Assembly: GCA_964590205.1 (NCBI GenBank)
Contig: CAZPVO010000003.1
Location: 682 to 64,681 of the forward strand
Length of the DNA: 64,000 nucleotides
From: an uncultured Candidatus Saccharibacteria bacterium
Lineage (GTDB): Bacteria > Patescibacteriota > Saccharimonadia > Saccharimonadales > JAGQNJ01
Direction of reading: 5' to 3'
The translations under genes were made by a program, and so were the position numbers. This document shows positions 1-10,174 of the stretch, in pieces. The notes below the pieces were generated by a model. The model saw only the letters and a program-made list of their open reading frames with translations. It was not told the DNA's origin and did no database searches. How positions within the stretch are numbered: position 1 is the first letter of the stretch; every line of letters begins with the position of its first letter.

Positions 1-1
1 C

Positions 2-811
2 CACAAAACTCACCAGCGCAAACCAATCAAACCGCGCTCAATCGCCGATGTTAAAGAACAGATAGCTTCCAAGGTCGGTACCCGGGGCAAATTATCAAAA
101 AAACATCACCTGCAGTCGATTGTATTTGGCCTGGGTATGGGTGCAGTCGTGTTATTTATTCTGATGTTCAGTTTCTTTAATGATCGAATCATCGCACCAT
201 TTATCAGCCCAAGTCGTGATGTCAGCAACACACCAATAATTGTGGACCAAAATTCCACCGCCGTTAACAATGATCCGAAAGTTATTATTCCAAAAATTAA
301 TGTTGAGATTCCTGTTGTCTATGATGTGCCGTCAATTGATGAGCAATCAGTAGACAACGGCCTAGAGCGCGGCGTAGTGCATTACGCGTCCACACCTAGC
401 CCTGGAGAGCAGGGAAATGTAGTTGTTGTTGGTCACTCCAGCAATAATATTTTCAACAAAGGTAAATATAAGTTTGCATTTGTCTTACTCAAAAAGCTCG
501 AGGTAGGTGACACCTTCATGCTAGACAAAGATGGCAAACAATATGTCTACCGCGTTTACGACAAGAAAATTGTTAAGCCAACCGATGTATCTGTGCTCGG
601 TCCTGCAGACAAACCATCGACCGCAACGTTAATTACTTGTGATCCGCCTGGAACTTCACTGAATCGTTTGGTTGTAACTGGTGAGCAAATCAGCCCAGAC
701 CCAGGCGCCAACGTTACCAGCACAGTAGTTAACAATAATCAAAAGCCAGCTATCGTGCCAGGCAATGCCGAAAGCCTATGGCAACGCTTTAAAAACTGGA
801 TCACTGGTTAG
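2..811 (+). CDS. sortase family transpeptidase (5' end probably outside window)
   Basis: VVVGHSSN His motif, TLITC catalytic Cys motif and downstream NRLVV Arg. The frame is open back to base 2 with no in-frame start before M137, and a TM helix spans residue 137. Confidence 0.8.
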   Translation, partial: HKTHQRKPIKPRSIADVKEQIASKVGTRGKLSKKHHLQSIVFGLGMGAVVLFILMFSFFNDRIIAPFISPSRDVSNTPIIVDQNSTAVNNDPKVIIPKINVEIPVVYDVPSIDEQSVDNGLERGVVHYASTPSPGEQGNVVVVGHSSNNIFNKGKYKFAFVLLKKLEVGDTFMLDKDGKQYVYRVYDKKIVKPTDVSVLGPADKPSTATLITCDPPGTSLNRLVVTGEQISPDPGANVTSTVVNNNQKPAIVPGNAESLWQRFKNWITG

Positions 812-817
812 GCAAAC

Positions 818-2302
818 CTATTGATCTGTTCGTAGGCTTGCTCGGGTAAGTGCAAACTTTGTCTTATCATTTTCTTGGGTGGAAATATTGTAGATAGCCG
901 TAAAATCGCGGTCGAATTGTGGTGTGCTGCCGCTGAGCGCACCATTGAGGGTTTGCAAATTGTTACCATCAAAATCAAACATGATAACTTGATTGTTACT
1001 AATTGCTACCAGACGATCCCCGTCCATCCATGAGGCTGGCTCATTCAGGTCAAATGGCTTATTGATACTGTAGCGATACTGGCGGTCTGTCTGCGCATCA
1101 TAAACAGCAAAAGTTTGGTTTTTACCTTGGGCCGAAATAAATTGAGCATTAGCCGAGAACAAAACCTTTTCAGGTGCGTCGACACGCAACGTTCGTGCAG
1201 GCAAATTTTGTTTTTGTTTTTCGTTTTGCAGAATGGTTATCGGATCTTCATAAATGTAGACCTGATTTTCACTTTGTGCACCAGCCACCACAAACCAATG
1301 ATTGTCGAAGCGTGCCAAGTCTAATAGGTATGGTGTTCCTACGGGTAATTCGCGTAAAACATGGTCGTCATTATTGTTCTTAAGACGAACATCGACCTTA
1401 CCAGGTGTAATTGTTGGATCGTTGGAAATATATTCAATCGTATCAGTGCCATGTGGCTTAAAATTAACGACGTGCGGCAGCAGTGGAGTTATATTTTTGT
1501 CTTTAATAACGCCTTGTTGCAGCAACCCGCCTGTCAGCAAAAAAACCTGGTCAGTCGACTTATTAAATAGGGCAACTTCGTCCGGAGTTTGGCTAAACTG
1601 TTGGTTGATATTCACACTTTCAGTCGGATTTACAAAGTTGAAAATAATAAATTCTTTTTTGCCATCAAAATCATGCTGCAGTAATAAATGGGTATTGTCG
1701 GTTGACCACTCTACAACTTTGAGTTGCTGATTAGCGCCAGGACTCAATACGCTTGCTGGAATAGTTGTAAGCGTGGAAGTTGGTTGCTTTTTACTAGCAT
1801 CAAAAACTTCAAACTGGTTAAAACCACCTGGCTTGAGTACTAGCACCCAATGTCGATCCGGACTGCCTGTAATAATTGCCGGAGCAGAGTTATAAGTCTG
1901 CGTATTCGTCGTTTTCAGTTGGTTCGGAATAAGCAGCGGATAATCCAGACGCACGACACTGCCACCATCGATTTCAAAACTTCGCTGCCAATTACGGTAG
2001 CCGTCTTTGCTGAGTGTTACGCTATATTTTGCCGCCTGCAAGGTTATACGGGCGTTGGTCGATGACTCTGGCAAATGTCCACCGTTTTGATCAGTTAAAT
2101 CAATCTTGGCTCCGCTCGGGCTTGATGCCAAAAATACTAAACCGTTTTGAATAATTTTACCGGTGTGGCGATCGACACCATAACCAAAAGAACTATAAAG
2201 CACAATAATTGTGCACATAGTTATAGCAATGGCCATCAGCGCGTAGCCGATGTATAGGCGAATGGTATGAGCTCGTTTTTTGTGAGGGTCAAGAAAATCC
2301 AT
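818..2302 (-). CDS. membrane-anchored PEGA-domain protein
   Basis: N-terminal TM helix followed by a PEGA-like segment (SSPSGAKIDL...YSVTLSKDGYRNWQRSFEI). The rest is beta-rich and uncharacterised. Confidence 0.45.
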   Translation of the reverse strand: MDFLDPHKKRAHTIRLYIGYALMAIAITMCTIIVLYSSFGYGVDRHTGKIIQNGLVFLASSPSGAKIDLTDQNGGHLPESSTNARITLQAAKYSVTLSKDGYRNWQRSFEIDGGSVVRLDYPLLIPNQLKTTNTQTYNSAPAIITGSPDRHWVLVLKPGGFNQFEVFDASKKQPTSTLTTIPASVLSPGANQQLKVVEWSTDNTHLLLQHDFDGKKEFIIFNFVNPTESVNINQQFSQTPDEVALFNKSTDQVFLLTGGLLQQGVIKDKNITPLLPHVVNFKPHGTDTIEYISNDPTITPGKVDVRLKNNNDDHVLRELPVGTPYLLDLARFDNHWFVVAGAQSENQVYIYEDPITILQNEKQKQNLPARTLRVDAPEKVLFSANAQFISAQGKNQTFAVYDAQTDRQYRYSINKPFDLNEPASWMDGDRLVAISNNQVIMFDFDGNNLQTLNGALSGSTPQFDRDFTAIYNISTQENDKTKFALTRASLRTDQ

Positions 2303-2443
2303 ATTTAGCTTCTCCAGTTTATACTTATCTGTCTCCAGCGTCTATACATCCTGGTGAAAATGCTAATCCTTAATGCTTGCTCTTGAGGCCAATCAGCGGT
2401 AAGATATCAGTGAAATGTAAATCACCGAGGGTACCTTACAAGC

Positions 2444-3547
2444 GTGAGTGATCACAAAAACGTCATTGAACTAAATGGAAAGCTATATGATAGCGTAAGC
2501 GGTCATATGGTGGGCAACAAAGGCAACGCCGGGCCAACGGTAATTAAGCCTGGTACGGCCGTTGATGGATTTGTGAGAAGTGCTCCCGTAAAAGAGCCTA
2601 AGGCCCATCACACACAAACCGCACCAAAACCAATCCACGTGCAAGCTCCAACTCATCACAATAAAGCACATAAAGCAGCCAAGAGCATTGCTGCTCATAC
2701 GCAACATCACTCCAAAACCTTAGTTCGCCGGGGTCTTAAGAAACCGATCGCCGAACGTCCTGAAGAATCTGAAGTTTACACTAAAGGCACACCTCAACCA
2801 GAACGACTGGCTCGGGCCAAATCAACACCACAGAGTCCTCATATATCAAGGTTCGGTCTGCCGAGCGCAGCCACTTTTCAAGTAACCAAAAAAACAACTC
2901 ATATGCCTGTTAAACATTCGCCGAATCAATTAAAAGCCCGCGCCGCGATTCAGCAGGCATCGGTGCCAATTGCCAGCCAAAATCAAATACTAAAAGAGCA
3001 GATGGTTTCCAAAGCACTTAACGATGCGCGTGTTGATGAAGTGCCGCATAAAAAGGCAAAAAAGCACAACACCGCTCGTAGACTTGGTGTTAGTCCAAAA
3101 GTTGTTCATTTTGGCGCTGCAACTCTAGCAGCTGTTTTGCTATTCGGCTTTATTGCATATCAAAATGCACCGAATATTAGCATGAAGATTGCTGCATCTA
3201 AAGCTGGTATTAGCGCCGTTTTGCCATCATACAAACCAGCTGGTTTTGGCTTGAGCGGACCTATTGAATACGGCCCAGGTCAGATAACATTGAATTTCAA
3301 GTCTCACACCGACAATCGTAATTTCCATATTACTCAACGCGCTTCTGATTGGAATAGCGAAGCATTGCTCAGTAATTTTGTCTCAACTAACAGCAAATCT
3401 TACCAAACAGTACAGGACAAAGGCCGTACTATTTATATTTACGATGGCACGAATGCAACCTGGGTGAGCGGTGGCGTGTGGTATCAAATTGAAGGTAATT
3501 CTTCCTTAAGCTCTGAACAATTAGTCAAGCTCGCTGGCAGTATCTGA
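2444..3547 (+). CDS. membrane-anchored protein with DUF4367-like C-terminal domain
   Basis: GTG start. His/Lys/Pro-rich N-terminus, one TM helix, and a C-terminus (GRTIYIYDGTNATWVSGGVWYQIEGNSSLSSEQLVKLAGSI) that resembles the DUF4367 pattern. Confidence 0.4.
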   Translation: MSDHKNVIELNGKLYDSVSGHMVGNKGNAGPTVIKPGTAVDGFVRSAPVKEPKAHHTQTAPKPIHVQAPTHHNKAHKAAKSIAAHTQHHSKTLVRRGLKKPIAERPEESEVYTKGTPQPERLARAKSTPQSPHISRFGLPSAATFQVTKKTTHMPVKHSPNQLKARAAIQQASVPIASQNQILKEQMVSKALNDARVDEVPHKKAKKHNTARRLGVSPKVVHFGAATLAAVLLFGFIAYQNAPNISMKIAASKAGISAVLPSYKPAGFGLSGPIEYGPGQITLNFKSHTDNRNFHITQRASDWNSEALLSNFVSTNSKSYQTVQDKGRTIYIYDGTNATWVSGGVWYQIEGNSSLSSEQLVKLAGSI

Positions 3548-3566
3548 TGAGGCGGCTTCGCCTTTT

Positions 3567-3620
3567 GAGAGGGGATATCCCCTCTCAACGCGCAGAGCAA
3601 AAAGTGTGATTTTTGCTCTG
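3567..3620 (+). terminator. two tandem hairpins downstream of CDS 2444..3547
   Basis: GAGAGGGGATATCCCCTCTC palindrome at 3567-3586. An 11-bp stem CAGAGCAAAAA/TTTTTGCTCTG lies at 3593-3620. Confidence 0.5.
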
Positions 3621-3630
3621 GCTCTCTCCC

Positions 3631-3658
3631 CTGAAATTCTTCAATCATCTGGTACAAT
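3631..3658 (+). promoter_or_regulatory. extended -10 promoter of gltX (leaderless geometry)
   Basis: TGgTACAAT at 3650-3658, 6 nt before the ATG at 3665, with a weak -35 CTGAAA. Confidence 0.4.
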
Positions 3659-3664
3659 ACAGAG

Positions 3665-5095
3665 ATGAAAGTAAGAACTAGGTTTGCTGTTAGTCCAACT
3701 GGTTATATGCACGTTGGCGGTGTGCGTAATGCACTATTTGATTGGCTCGTTGCCAAACAGACTGACGGGCAGTTTATATTGCGCATCGAGGATACTGATC
3801 AAGCCAGGGAAGTAAAAGGTGCTCTCGAGCATATCATTGAAACACTACATATTCTTGGTATTACATGGGACGAAGGTCCGGATGTTGGCGGGCCAGCTAA
3901 AACTTACGTGCAAAGCCAGCGACTAGATATTTATAAAGAATGGGCTCAGAAGCTCGTTGATGCCGGCAAGGCTTACGCTGATCCATACACGTCCGAGCAA
4001 GTACAACAATTCCGAGAACAAGCTCAAAAAGATAAAAAGCCCTTTTTGTATCGCGATCATCGGCCAGAGAACCCTCCCAAATGGGACGGTACGCAACCAT
4101 TACGCCTCAAGTCAGAACCCAAAGCTCATAAATGGCACGACGAAGTTATGGGTGATTTGTCTGCTGGCGAGGAAGCTGTTGACGATTTTGTGCTCATAAA
4201 ATCTGATGGTTATCCAACGTATAATTTTTGCCACATTATTGATGATCATCTCATGGATGTAACTCATGTGATTCGATCACAAGAATTTTTGGCCAGTATG
4301 CCAAAGTATCTTAATCTTTATGAGTCACTCGATATTTCTAAACCAAAATTTGCCACTCTACCGTGGATTATGGCTGAAGGGGGCAAAAAGAAACTCAGTA
4401 AACGTGACGGCGCTAAAGATGTTTTAGACTACATCCGTGAAGGTTATTTGCCCGAAGCATTGGTTAGTTTTATCGCCACACTCGGCTGGAATGATGGTAC
4501 AGAACAAGAAGTTTTTACTGTTGATGAGCTCATTAAAAAATTCAGTTTGGAACGAGTGGGCAAAAGCGGCGCGCACTTTGACGAGCAACGCTTAACATGG
4601 GTCAACGGTCACTTTATTCGACAACTCAAACTCGATGAACTCTATACAAAAGTAAAAGACTTTTGGCCAGCAGAAGCCGAGGGTTCAGACGAAGATTATA
4701 AAAAACAGGTTTTGGCACTTGTACAAGAACGGCTCAAATATTTTACTGAGCTGCCCGAGCTCACCAAATTTTTCTTTGAAGAGCCCAGCCCTGACATAGA
4801 GCTAATTGACAATAGCAAGCAACTCAAAAAATTCTCGCATGATGAGTTGGCAAAACTGTTGCGCACAGCAATTGATAGTTTAGAAACCAGTAATTTTAGC
4901 ACCGAAGACCTTACCAAAAAGCTCAATGATTTATTAGAAACCACCGAGCAAAAGCCTGGCGTGCTGTTTAGCTTAATCCGCGTGGCAACAACATGGTCAC
5001 CAGCATCGCCAGCTCTTGCAGAAAGCCTACATGTACTCGGCAAAGACAAATCGCTGAACAGGCTCAAAGCCTCTCAACAATACATTGGTAAATAA
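3665..5095 (+). CDS. gltX: glutamyl-tRNA synthetase
   Basis: Class I motifs PTGYMHVGGVRNALF (HIGH-type) and KLSKRDG (KMSKS-type). Similar to GluRS over the full length. Confidence 0.93.
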   Translation: MKVRTRFAVSPTGYMHVGGVRNALFDWLVAKQTDGQFILRIEDTDQAREVKGALEHIIETLHILGITWDEGPDVGGPAKTYVQSQRLDIYKEWAQKLVDAGKAYADPYTSEQVQQFREQAQKDKKPFLYRDHRPENPPKWDGTQPLRLKSEPKAHKWHDEVMGDLSAGEEAVDDFVLIKSDGYPTYNFCHIIDDHLMDVTHVIRSQEFLASMPKYLNLYESLDISKPKFATLPWIMAEGGKKKLSKRDGAKDVLDYIREGYLPEALVSFIATLGWNDGTEQEVFTVDELIKKFSLERVGKSGAHFDEQRLTWVNGHFIRQLKLDELYTKVKDFWPAEAEGSDEDYKKQVLALVQERLKYFTELPELTKFFFEEPSPDIELIDNSKQLKKFSHDELAKLLRTAIDSLETSNFSTEDLTKKLNDLLETTEQKPGVLFSLIRVATTWSPASPALAESLHVLGKDKSLNRLKASQQYIGK

Positions 5096-5121
5096 GCATA
5101 AGCGCTTGTATAATGTAGCCC

Positions 5122-6423
5122 ATGGACGATACAGATAAGTCATCTGGCACTGACCCGATGGCTAAACATCATCATGTTGATACCAGTAAAACTCTAGAGC
5201 AACTCGAAAAAGATCACGGCACCCAAAAGTCACCCCAAAAGTTAGCCGCTGACGCTTTCAAAGACGATGACGAAGGTTTTAAAACCCCCGAAGAAGTTGC
5301 CCAGGCTGAAGACAAAGTAGAAGGAGACGACCCACAAGTGAAGAGCAAAAAACAGGGATTTTGGTCAAAATTCAGCCATAAAAACCTGACTAAAAAGCAG
5401 AAAATAATTTTGATCATTGTATTGATAGTCGCTCTGTTTGGTTTGTTGGTTGGTGCATGGATGTGGAAAAACAAGAAAATGCCGATATCCATGAACAAGC
5501 CAGCTCAAAAGAAAGAAGCAGCAAAGCCAACTACCGTTCCATCAACATTGACTGGTCGGCCAGTTTCACCTGATGTTAACGAACGGCAAGTTACTGCTGT
5601 TATGATCGAAAACAGTCCCGACGCTCGACCGCAGTCAGGACTTATCGACGCCGGTGTTGTGTTCGAAGCCGTCGCCGAAGGTGGCGTGACACGTTTTGTG
5701 GCATTGTTTCAGGACACCGCACCCGATTATGTTGGTCCGATCCGCAGCGCACGCTCTTATTACATTGACTGGATGCGTGGTTTTGACGCCGCGTACGCTC
5801 ATGTTGGCGGTAGCCCAGAAGCATTAGCTATCATCAAAGGTGACAGCAGTATAAAAGACCTCGATCAATTTTCTAACTCTGGCAGTTATGACCGCGTAAC
5901 GAGTCGTTATGCACCACACAATGTCTACACCAGCATTGGCAGATTAAACGGACTGGAAGCTTCTAAAGGCTACACTAAAAGCACCTTTACAGGCTTCGTG
6001 CGTAAGAAAGATGCGCCGTCGCCAGCACCAAACCAAAATAAAATTGATATCAATATGTCTGGATTTTTGTACAACCCGCATTGGGATTACGATAAAACGA
6101 CAAATACATACATACGAAGTGAAGGTGGTAAGCCACACACCGATGAAAAAACAGGGCAGCCAATTCGCGCCAACGTGATTGTTGCACTCGAAACTCAAAA
6201 GGGCATTATGGCCGACGGCTACCACTCAACCTACACGACTATTGGGAGTGGAAAAGTAATGGTCTTCCAGGACGGCGCCATGGTTGGCGGTACTTGGAGC
6301 AAAAAAGATGCCAAAAGTCAGATTGTATTTACTGGTGATGACGGCAAGCCACTAGCGCTTAATACAGGCATCACATGGATAACAGCAGTGGGCGGAGCTC
6401 AAGACGTTACTGCCGGGCCATAA
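5122..6423 (+). CDS. DUF3048 domain-containing membrane-anchored protein
   Basis: An acidic N-terminus and one TM helix are followed by VTAVMIENSPDARPQSGLIDAGVVFEAVAEGGVTRFVALF...GPIRSARSYYIDW, which is typical of DUF3048 (YerB-like). Confidence 0.75.
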   Translation: MDDTDKSSGTDPMAKHHHVDTSKTLEQLEKDHGTQKSPQKLAADAFKDDDEGFKTPEEVAQAEDKVEGDDPQVKSKKQGFWSKFSHKNLTKKQKIILIIVLIVALFGLLVGAWMWKNKKMPISMNKPAQKKEAAKPTTVPSTLTGRPVSPDVNERQVTAVMIENSPDARPQSGLIDAGVVFEAVAEGGVTRFVALFQDTAPDYVGPIRSARSYYIDWMRGFDAAYAHVGGSPEALAIIKGDSSIKDLDQFSNSGSYDRVTSRYAPHNVYTSIGRLNGLEASKGYTKSTFTGFVRKKDAPSPAPNQNKIDINMSGFLYNPHWDYDKTTNTYIRSEGGKPHTDEKTGQPIRANVIVALETQKGIMADGYHSTYTTIGSGKVMVFQDGAMVGGTWSKKDAKSQIVFTGDDGKPLALNTGITWITAVGGAQDVTAGP

Positions 6424-6435
6424 AGGTGGGCAACT

Positions 6436-7971
6436 TTGAATAATCTCAAGAAACTTCAGAACCAGATACAGCAGCAAGTCTTATTAGTTCTGGCTGGAGT
6501 TAATATTTTAGTCGTATTAGCTGTTCTAATACTTATTTATTTCTTGAAATTACACATATTGATCGTGGCAGCACTCGCGCTAATAGCCGTAGCAGCTTCA
6601 TCATTTTTAGCGGCGCGCTGGGCAGCTCGATTTAGCACAGAGCCAATCGAGAAACTTTCTCAGGCGATTGTCCACGTATTGCCGGAGCATCAGGGAAGTC
6701 CAGCACCAGATTTAGACCATCTTAAGGTTGGTCGCGAACTTGTAACGACTATGGCGTTGCAGGTTTATCAATTGGGTAGCTCCTCGCAAACAAAAAGTGC
6801 ACCTAAACCTACCCAAACTGATAACCGTAGTCAGAGCGTGCTTAATAATTTGCCGATGCCAGTAATTGTGCTAGATCAGAACCAAGTTGTAATTTACGCC
6901 AACACTTCAACGGCTGCCTGCTTGCAACTACCAATAAACGAAGTGATCGGCAAGGATATGTACTCATTATTTGATTTGGCGTTTCCAAATGACCAAACCT
7001 TTGACAGTTGGTTAACACAATGTCGTAAAGATAAGCTGACGGCCACCATGAACTGGGAACGCGTACGCCTGCAAACCGCTGGCCAAAAAGTTCGTCACCA
7101 GTTCGATATGGTCGCTTATTACAATAAGAACAACCCGAATAATGTGGAAACAATCATTGGGCTCTTTGATCAAACCGAAAAATATAAACAAGACGACAGT
7201 GGTGTTGGCTTCATTGCGCTGGCAGTGCATGAACTTCGCACGCCACTCACCATGCTGCGCGGCTACATTGAAGTACTTGAGGAAGAATTGCGAGGCAAAC
7301 TGGACCCCGAACTCAACGGTTATTTACAAAAAATGCAGGTAGCTTCTCAACAGTTGGCTAATTTTGTCACCAACATTTTAAATGTCGCACGTGTTGAAGA
7401 AAATCAGCTATTTCTACAACTAAAAGAAGAAAAATGGGATAGCTTGCTACGCGATACATTAAAAGAAATGAGTTTGCGTGCGCAGGTGCACCACAAGCAA
7501 ATCGTACTGCAAGTGCAGCCGGATTTGCCAAATGTAGCGGTTGATCCCATCACTATTACTGAAGTTATCATCAATCTCGTCGACAATGCCATTAAGTACA
7601 GCGGCAGTGGCAATAAAATCATCGTAAAAACTTATATGAATAACGAAGGTTTTGTTGAAACCACCGTGCAGGATTTTGGTGTTGGCATTCCAACCAATGC
7701 TCTCGGCAATCTGTTCGAAAAATTTTATCGCAGTTATCACAGCAAATCACACGTTGGTGGCACCGGCCTAGGCTTATATTTGAGTAAATCAATCGTAGGT
7801 GCGCACAATGGACAGATCTGGGTCAAGTCTAAAGAAGGCGAGGGCAGCACGTTTGGTTTCACGCTCGTACCTTATGCAAAACTTGCCGAAGACCTTAAAA
7901 AACCTGATAATAACGATGTCACCCGTATAGCGCACGGCTGGATTAAAAATCACTCATTCTATAGGAGATAA
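6436..7971 (+). CDS. sensor histidine kinase (TM + PAS-like + HisKA + HATPase)
   Basis: TTG start. H-box AVHELRTPLTMLRGY, N-box LVDNAIKYS and G2 box GGTGLGLYLSKSIV. Confidence 0.88.
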   Translation: MNNLKKLQNQIQQQVLLVLAGVNILVVLAVLILIYFLKLHILIVAALALIAVAASSFLAARWAARFSTEPIEKLSQAIVHVLPEHQGSPAPDLDHLKVGRELVTTMALQVYQLGSSSQTKSAPKPTQTDNRSQSVLNNLPMPVIVLDQNQVVIYANTSTAACLQLPINEVIGKDMYSLFDLAFPNDQTFDSWLTQCRKDKLTATMNWERVRLQTAGQKVRHQFDMVAYYNKNNPNNVETIIGLFDQTEKYKQDDSGVGFIALAVHELRTPLTMLRGYIEVLEEELRGKLDPELNGYLQKMQVASQQLANFVTNILNVARVEENQLFLQLKEEKWDSLLRDTLKEMSLRAQVHHKQIVLQVQPDLPNVAVDPITITEVIINLVDNAIKYSGSGNKIIVKTYMNNEGFVETTVQDFGVGIPTNALGNLFEKFYRSYHSKSHVGGTGLGLYLSKSIVGAHNGQIWVKSKEGEGSTFGFTLVPYAKLAEDLKKPDNNDVTRIAHGWIKNHSFYRR

Positions 7972-7972
7972 T

Positions 7973-8365
7973 GTGGACGCCACTAAATCAACACCACGCT
8001 ACAAAAATATTCTCGTGATTGAAGACGAGCACTTTATTGGCGAGCTTTACATGCGTGCACTCACTAAAGCCGGTTACAACGTTAAGGTAGTTATTGATGG
8101 CAATGAAGGCCTGAAAGAAGCGTCAAGCGACGCCTATGATATTATCCTGCTGGATATAATGGTGCCAAACATGACCGGCATCGACATTTTAAAGAAGATT
8201 CACGAACCCCAAAATAAGCCAATTCACGCCAAAATTATTATCACAACCAACTTGGAACAAAAAGAAGAAACTCGCAAAGAAGTTGAAAAGCAAGCTGATG
8301 GTTATATTGTAAAAGCCAACGTCACACCACGAGAATTGGTTGGCGTACTACAATCGCTCGAATAG
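7973..8365 (+). CDS. single-domain response regulator (receiver only)
   Basis: GTG start 1 nt after the kinase stop. ILVIEDE, DIILLDIMVPNMTGIDIL and YIVKA receiver motifs. There is no output domain. Confidence 0.85.
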   Translation: MDATKSTPRYKNILVIEDEHFIGELYMRALTKAGYNVKVVIDGNEGLKEASSDAYDIILLDIMVPNMTGIDILKKIHEPQNKPIHAKIIITTNLEQKEETRKEVEKQADGYIVKANVTPRELVGVLQSLE

Positions 8366-8533
8366 GCTTGATCCGTAGCGTATAATAAGCAATAGCAATG
8401 TGCGGGCTGAGCAATCTTCCTCCGTACAAGCTTAATCCATTGCAGATCTAATCTGCCAACAACTTACTCGTCGTGGTGAAGGGCAACCGGAGCGACAAAC
8501 CTCTCTTATAAACCGTTAATCGGAGTTTTTGCA

Positions 8534-8884
8534 ATGGACTCAAATCTTATAGATGGAACGCTGGAAGAAGGTGTTGTGACTGAGCATCGCGGGTTTCCGA
8601 ATCCTGCGACCGACACCAATATTGTTCCACTTGATCTCACCAAGCTACTTGTTAAACACCCGCTCGCCACATTTTTTATGCGCATTGATAGCAATGAGTG
8701 GGAGCGATTTGGCATTTTCAAAGAAGACCTAGCGATTATTGATCGTTCGCTCAAACCAACACAGATTGATCTAGTCATTTGGTGGGACGAAACTACCTTT
8801 GTGCTCGCCAAATTTCATAAATTGCCCCTTGATACAACCATTTGGGGCGTCGTTACTAATATTATTCATCGATACAGGAGTTAG
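8534..8884 (+). CDS. umuD: short UmuD/LexA-like S24 peptidase-fold protein
   Basis: GFPNPATD...LDLTKLLVKHPLATFFMRIDSNEW...DLAIIDRS aligns by eye to the UmuD core. GGAG lies 8 nt upstream of the ATG, and the gene sits immediately upstream of umuC. Confidence 0.65.
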   Translation: MDSNLIDGTLEEGVVTEHRGFPNPATDTNIVPLDLTKLLVKHPLATFFMRIDSNEWERFGIFKEDLAIIDRSLKPTQIDLVIWWDETTFVLAKFHKLPLDTTIWGVVTNIIHRYRS

Positions 8885-8887
8885 AAA

Positions 8888-10174
8888 ATGAAACAACCAA
8901 TCTTCGCGTTAATAGACTGTAATAATTTTTTCGTCAGCTGCGTCCGCGCGTTCAGGCCTGATCTGGAAGGCAAGCCAGTCGTGGCATTATCGAGCAACGA
9001 CGGCTGTGTAGTCGCGCGCAGCAACGAGGCCAAAGCGCTCGGCATTCCAATGGGAGCACCAGTGTTCAAATGGAAAGAAATTTTCAAGCGACACAACGTT
9101 ATCCAATTTTCCGGCAATTTTGAACTGTACGCCGACATGTCCCGCCGCGTTACCGCCATGCTCAAATCAATCACGCCGCATATCGAGATTTACTCAGTCG
9201 ACGAATCGTTCTTAGATTTGTCAGAACTTGAAATTGAGGATTACACCGCTTGGGCCAAGCAGGTGAGAGCGATGGTTTTACAGTGGACAGGTTTGCCGGT
9301 TGCCATCGGTATTGCTGGCAGTAAAACACTGGCCAAATTAGCCACTGATCGGGCTAAAAAAGAATTCGAACTTGGTGGTGTGCTGGATTTATATTCACCA
9401 CACCCAGAAGACCGTGCACCGTACATGGAACGCACGCGACTAAAAGATATTTGGGGAGTTGGCTGGCGACTGGCGCCTAGACTCAAAGCCGAAGGTATTC
9501 ACAGTGCTATGGATATTGCCAACATGCGACCGCAGTTCGCCCAAAGTCTGATGGGCATTCACGGTCGGCAATTAGTTGCGGAGCTTAATGGTGAATGTTG
9601 TTTACCGCTCACCAAAGTTGGCAAGCCAGCACAGAGTATTGCTAACACCCGAACATTTGGCGAAGACACCAATCAATTTCATGTGCTCGAAGCTGCTATT
9701 GCATCGTTTGCATCTAAAACTACTCAGAAGTTGCGGGCTGGCCACCAGCTCACTACCAAGGCTGGCATTTTTATTGCCACCAACAAGCATAAACCGGGTT
9801 ACCGTATGCAAACTGAGACAGTTGATTTTTTGGCACCAACAGCCGACACCGGGAAGATCACCCAAGTTTTAACCGAGAAATTGCGTGATATGTTTAACTC
9901 CCATAGTTCCTACCACCGCGCTGGCGTGTGGCTCTACGATTTTATTCCCGAGCGGGCTTTTCAGATTGATCTGCTCGGCAATGCGCGGCCGGATATACAC
10001 GAGCAATCAACAGACCGAATGAGCGCCGTTGATAATCTCAACGAGCGCTATGGCAAGCACACAATATATTACGCAGCCGAGGATCTAGGCAATTCCTGGC
10101 AGCCACAGCGCAAACAGCAAATGCCACGCTTCACGACCCGTTGGGATGAACTCGCCCCCGTTACAATCAAGTGA
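8888..10174 (+). CDS. umuC: Y-family translesion DNA polymerase (UmuC-like)
   Basis: The N-terminus FALIDCNNFFVSCVRAFRPDLEGKPVVALSSNDGCVVARSNEAKALGI closely parallels UmuC. Confidence 0.88.
   Translation: MKQPIFALIDCNNFFVSCVRAFRPDLEGKPVVALSSNDGCVVARSNEAKALGIPMGAPVFKWKEIFKRHNVIQFSGNFELYADMSRRVTAMLKSITPHIEIYSVDESFLDLSELEIEDYTAWAKQVRAMVLQWTGLPVAIGIAGSKTLAKLATDRAKKEFELGGVLDLYSPHPEDRAPYMERTRLKDIWGVGWRLAPRLKAEGIHSAMDIANMRPQFAQSLMGIHGRQLVAELNGECCLPLTKVGKPAQSIANTRTFGEDTNQFHVLEAAIASFASKTTQKLRAGHQLTTKAGIFIATNKHKPGYRMQTETVDFLAPTADTGKITQVLTEKLRDMFNSHSSYHRAGVWLYDFIPERAFQIDLLGNARPDIHEQSTDRMSAVDNLNERYGKHTIYYAAEDLGNSWQPQRKQQMPRFTTRWDELAPVTIK

Noticed and set aside
8394-8510. Known riboswitch or SRP/6S-type RNA in the umuD-like leader
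   Set aside because: Only one long-range 6-bp pairing (GCAATG/CATTGC) and one small palindrome were found. There is no recognisable conserved RNA motif, so it is kept only as a possible operator in the umuDC finding.
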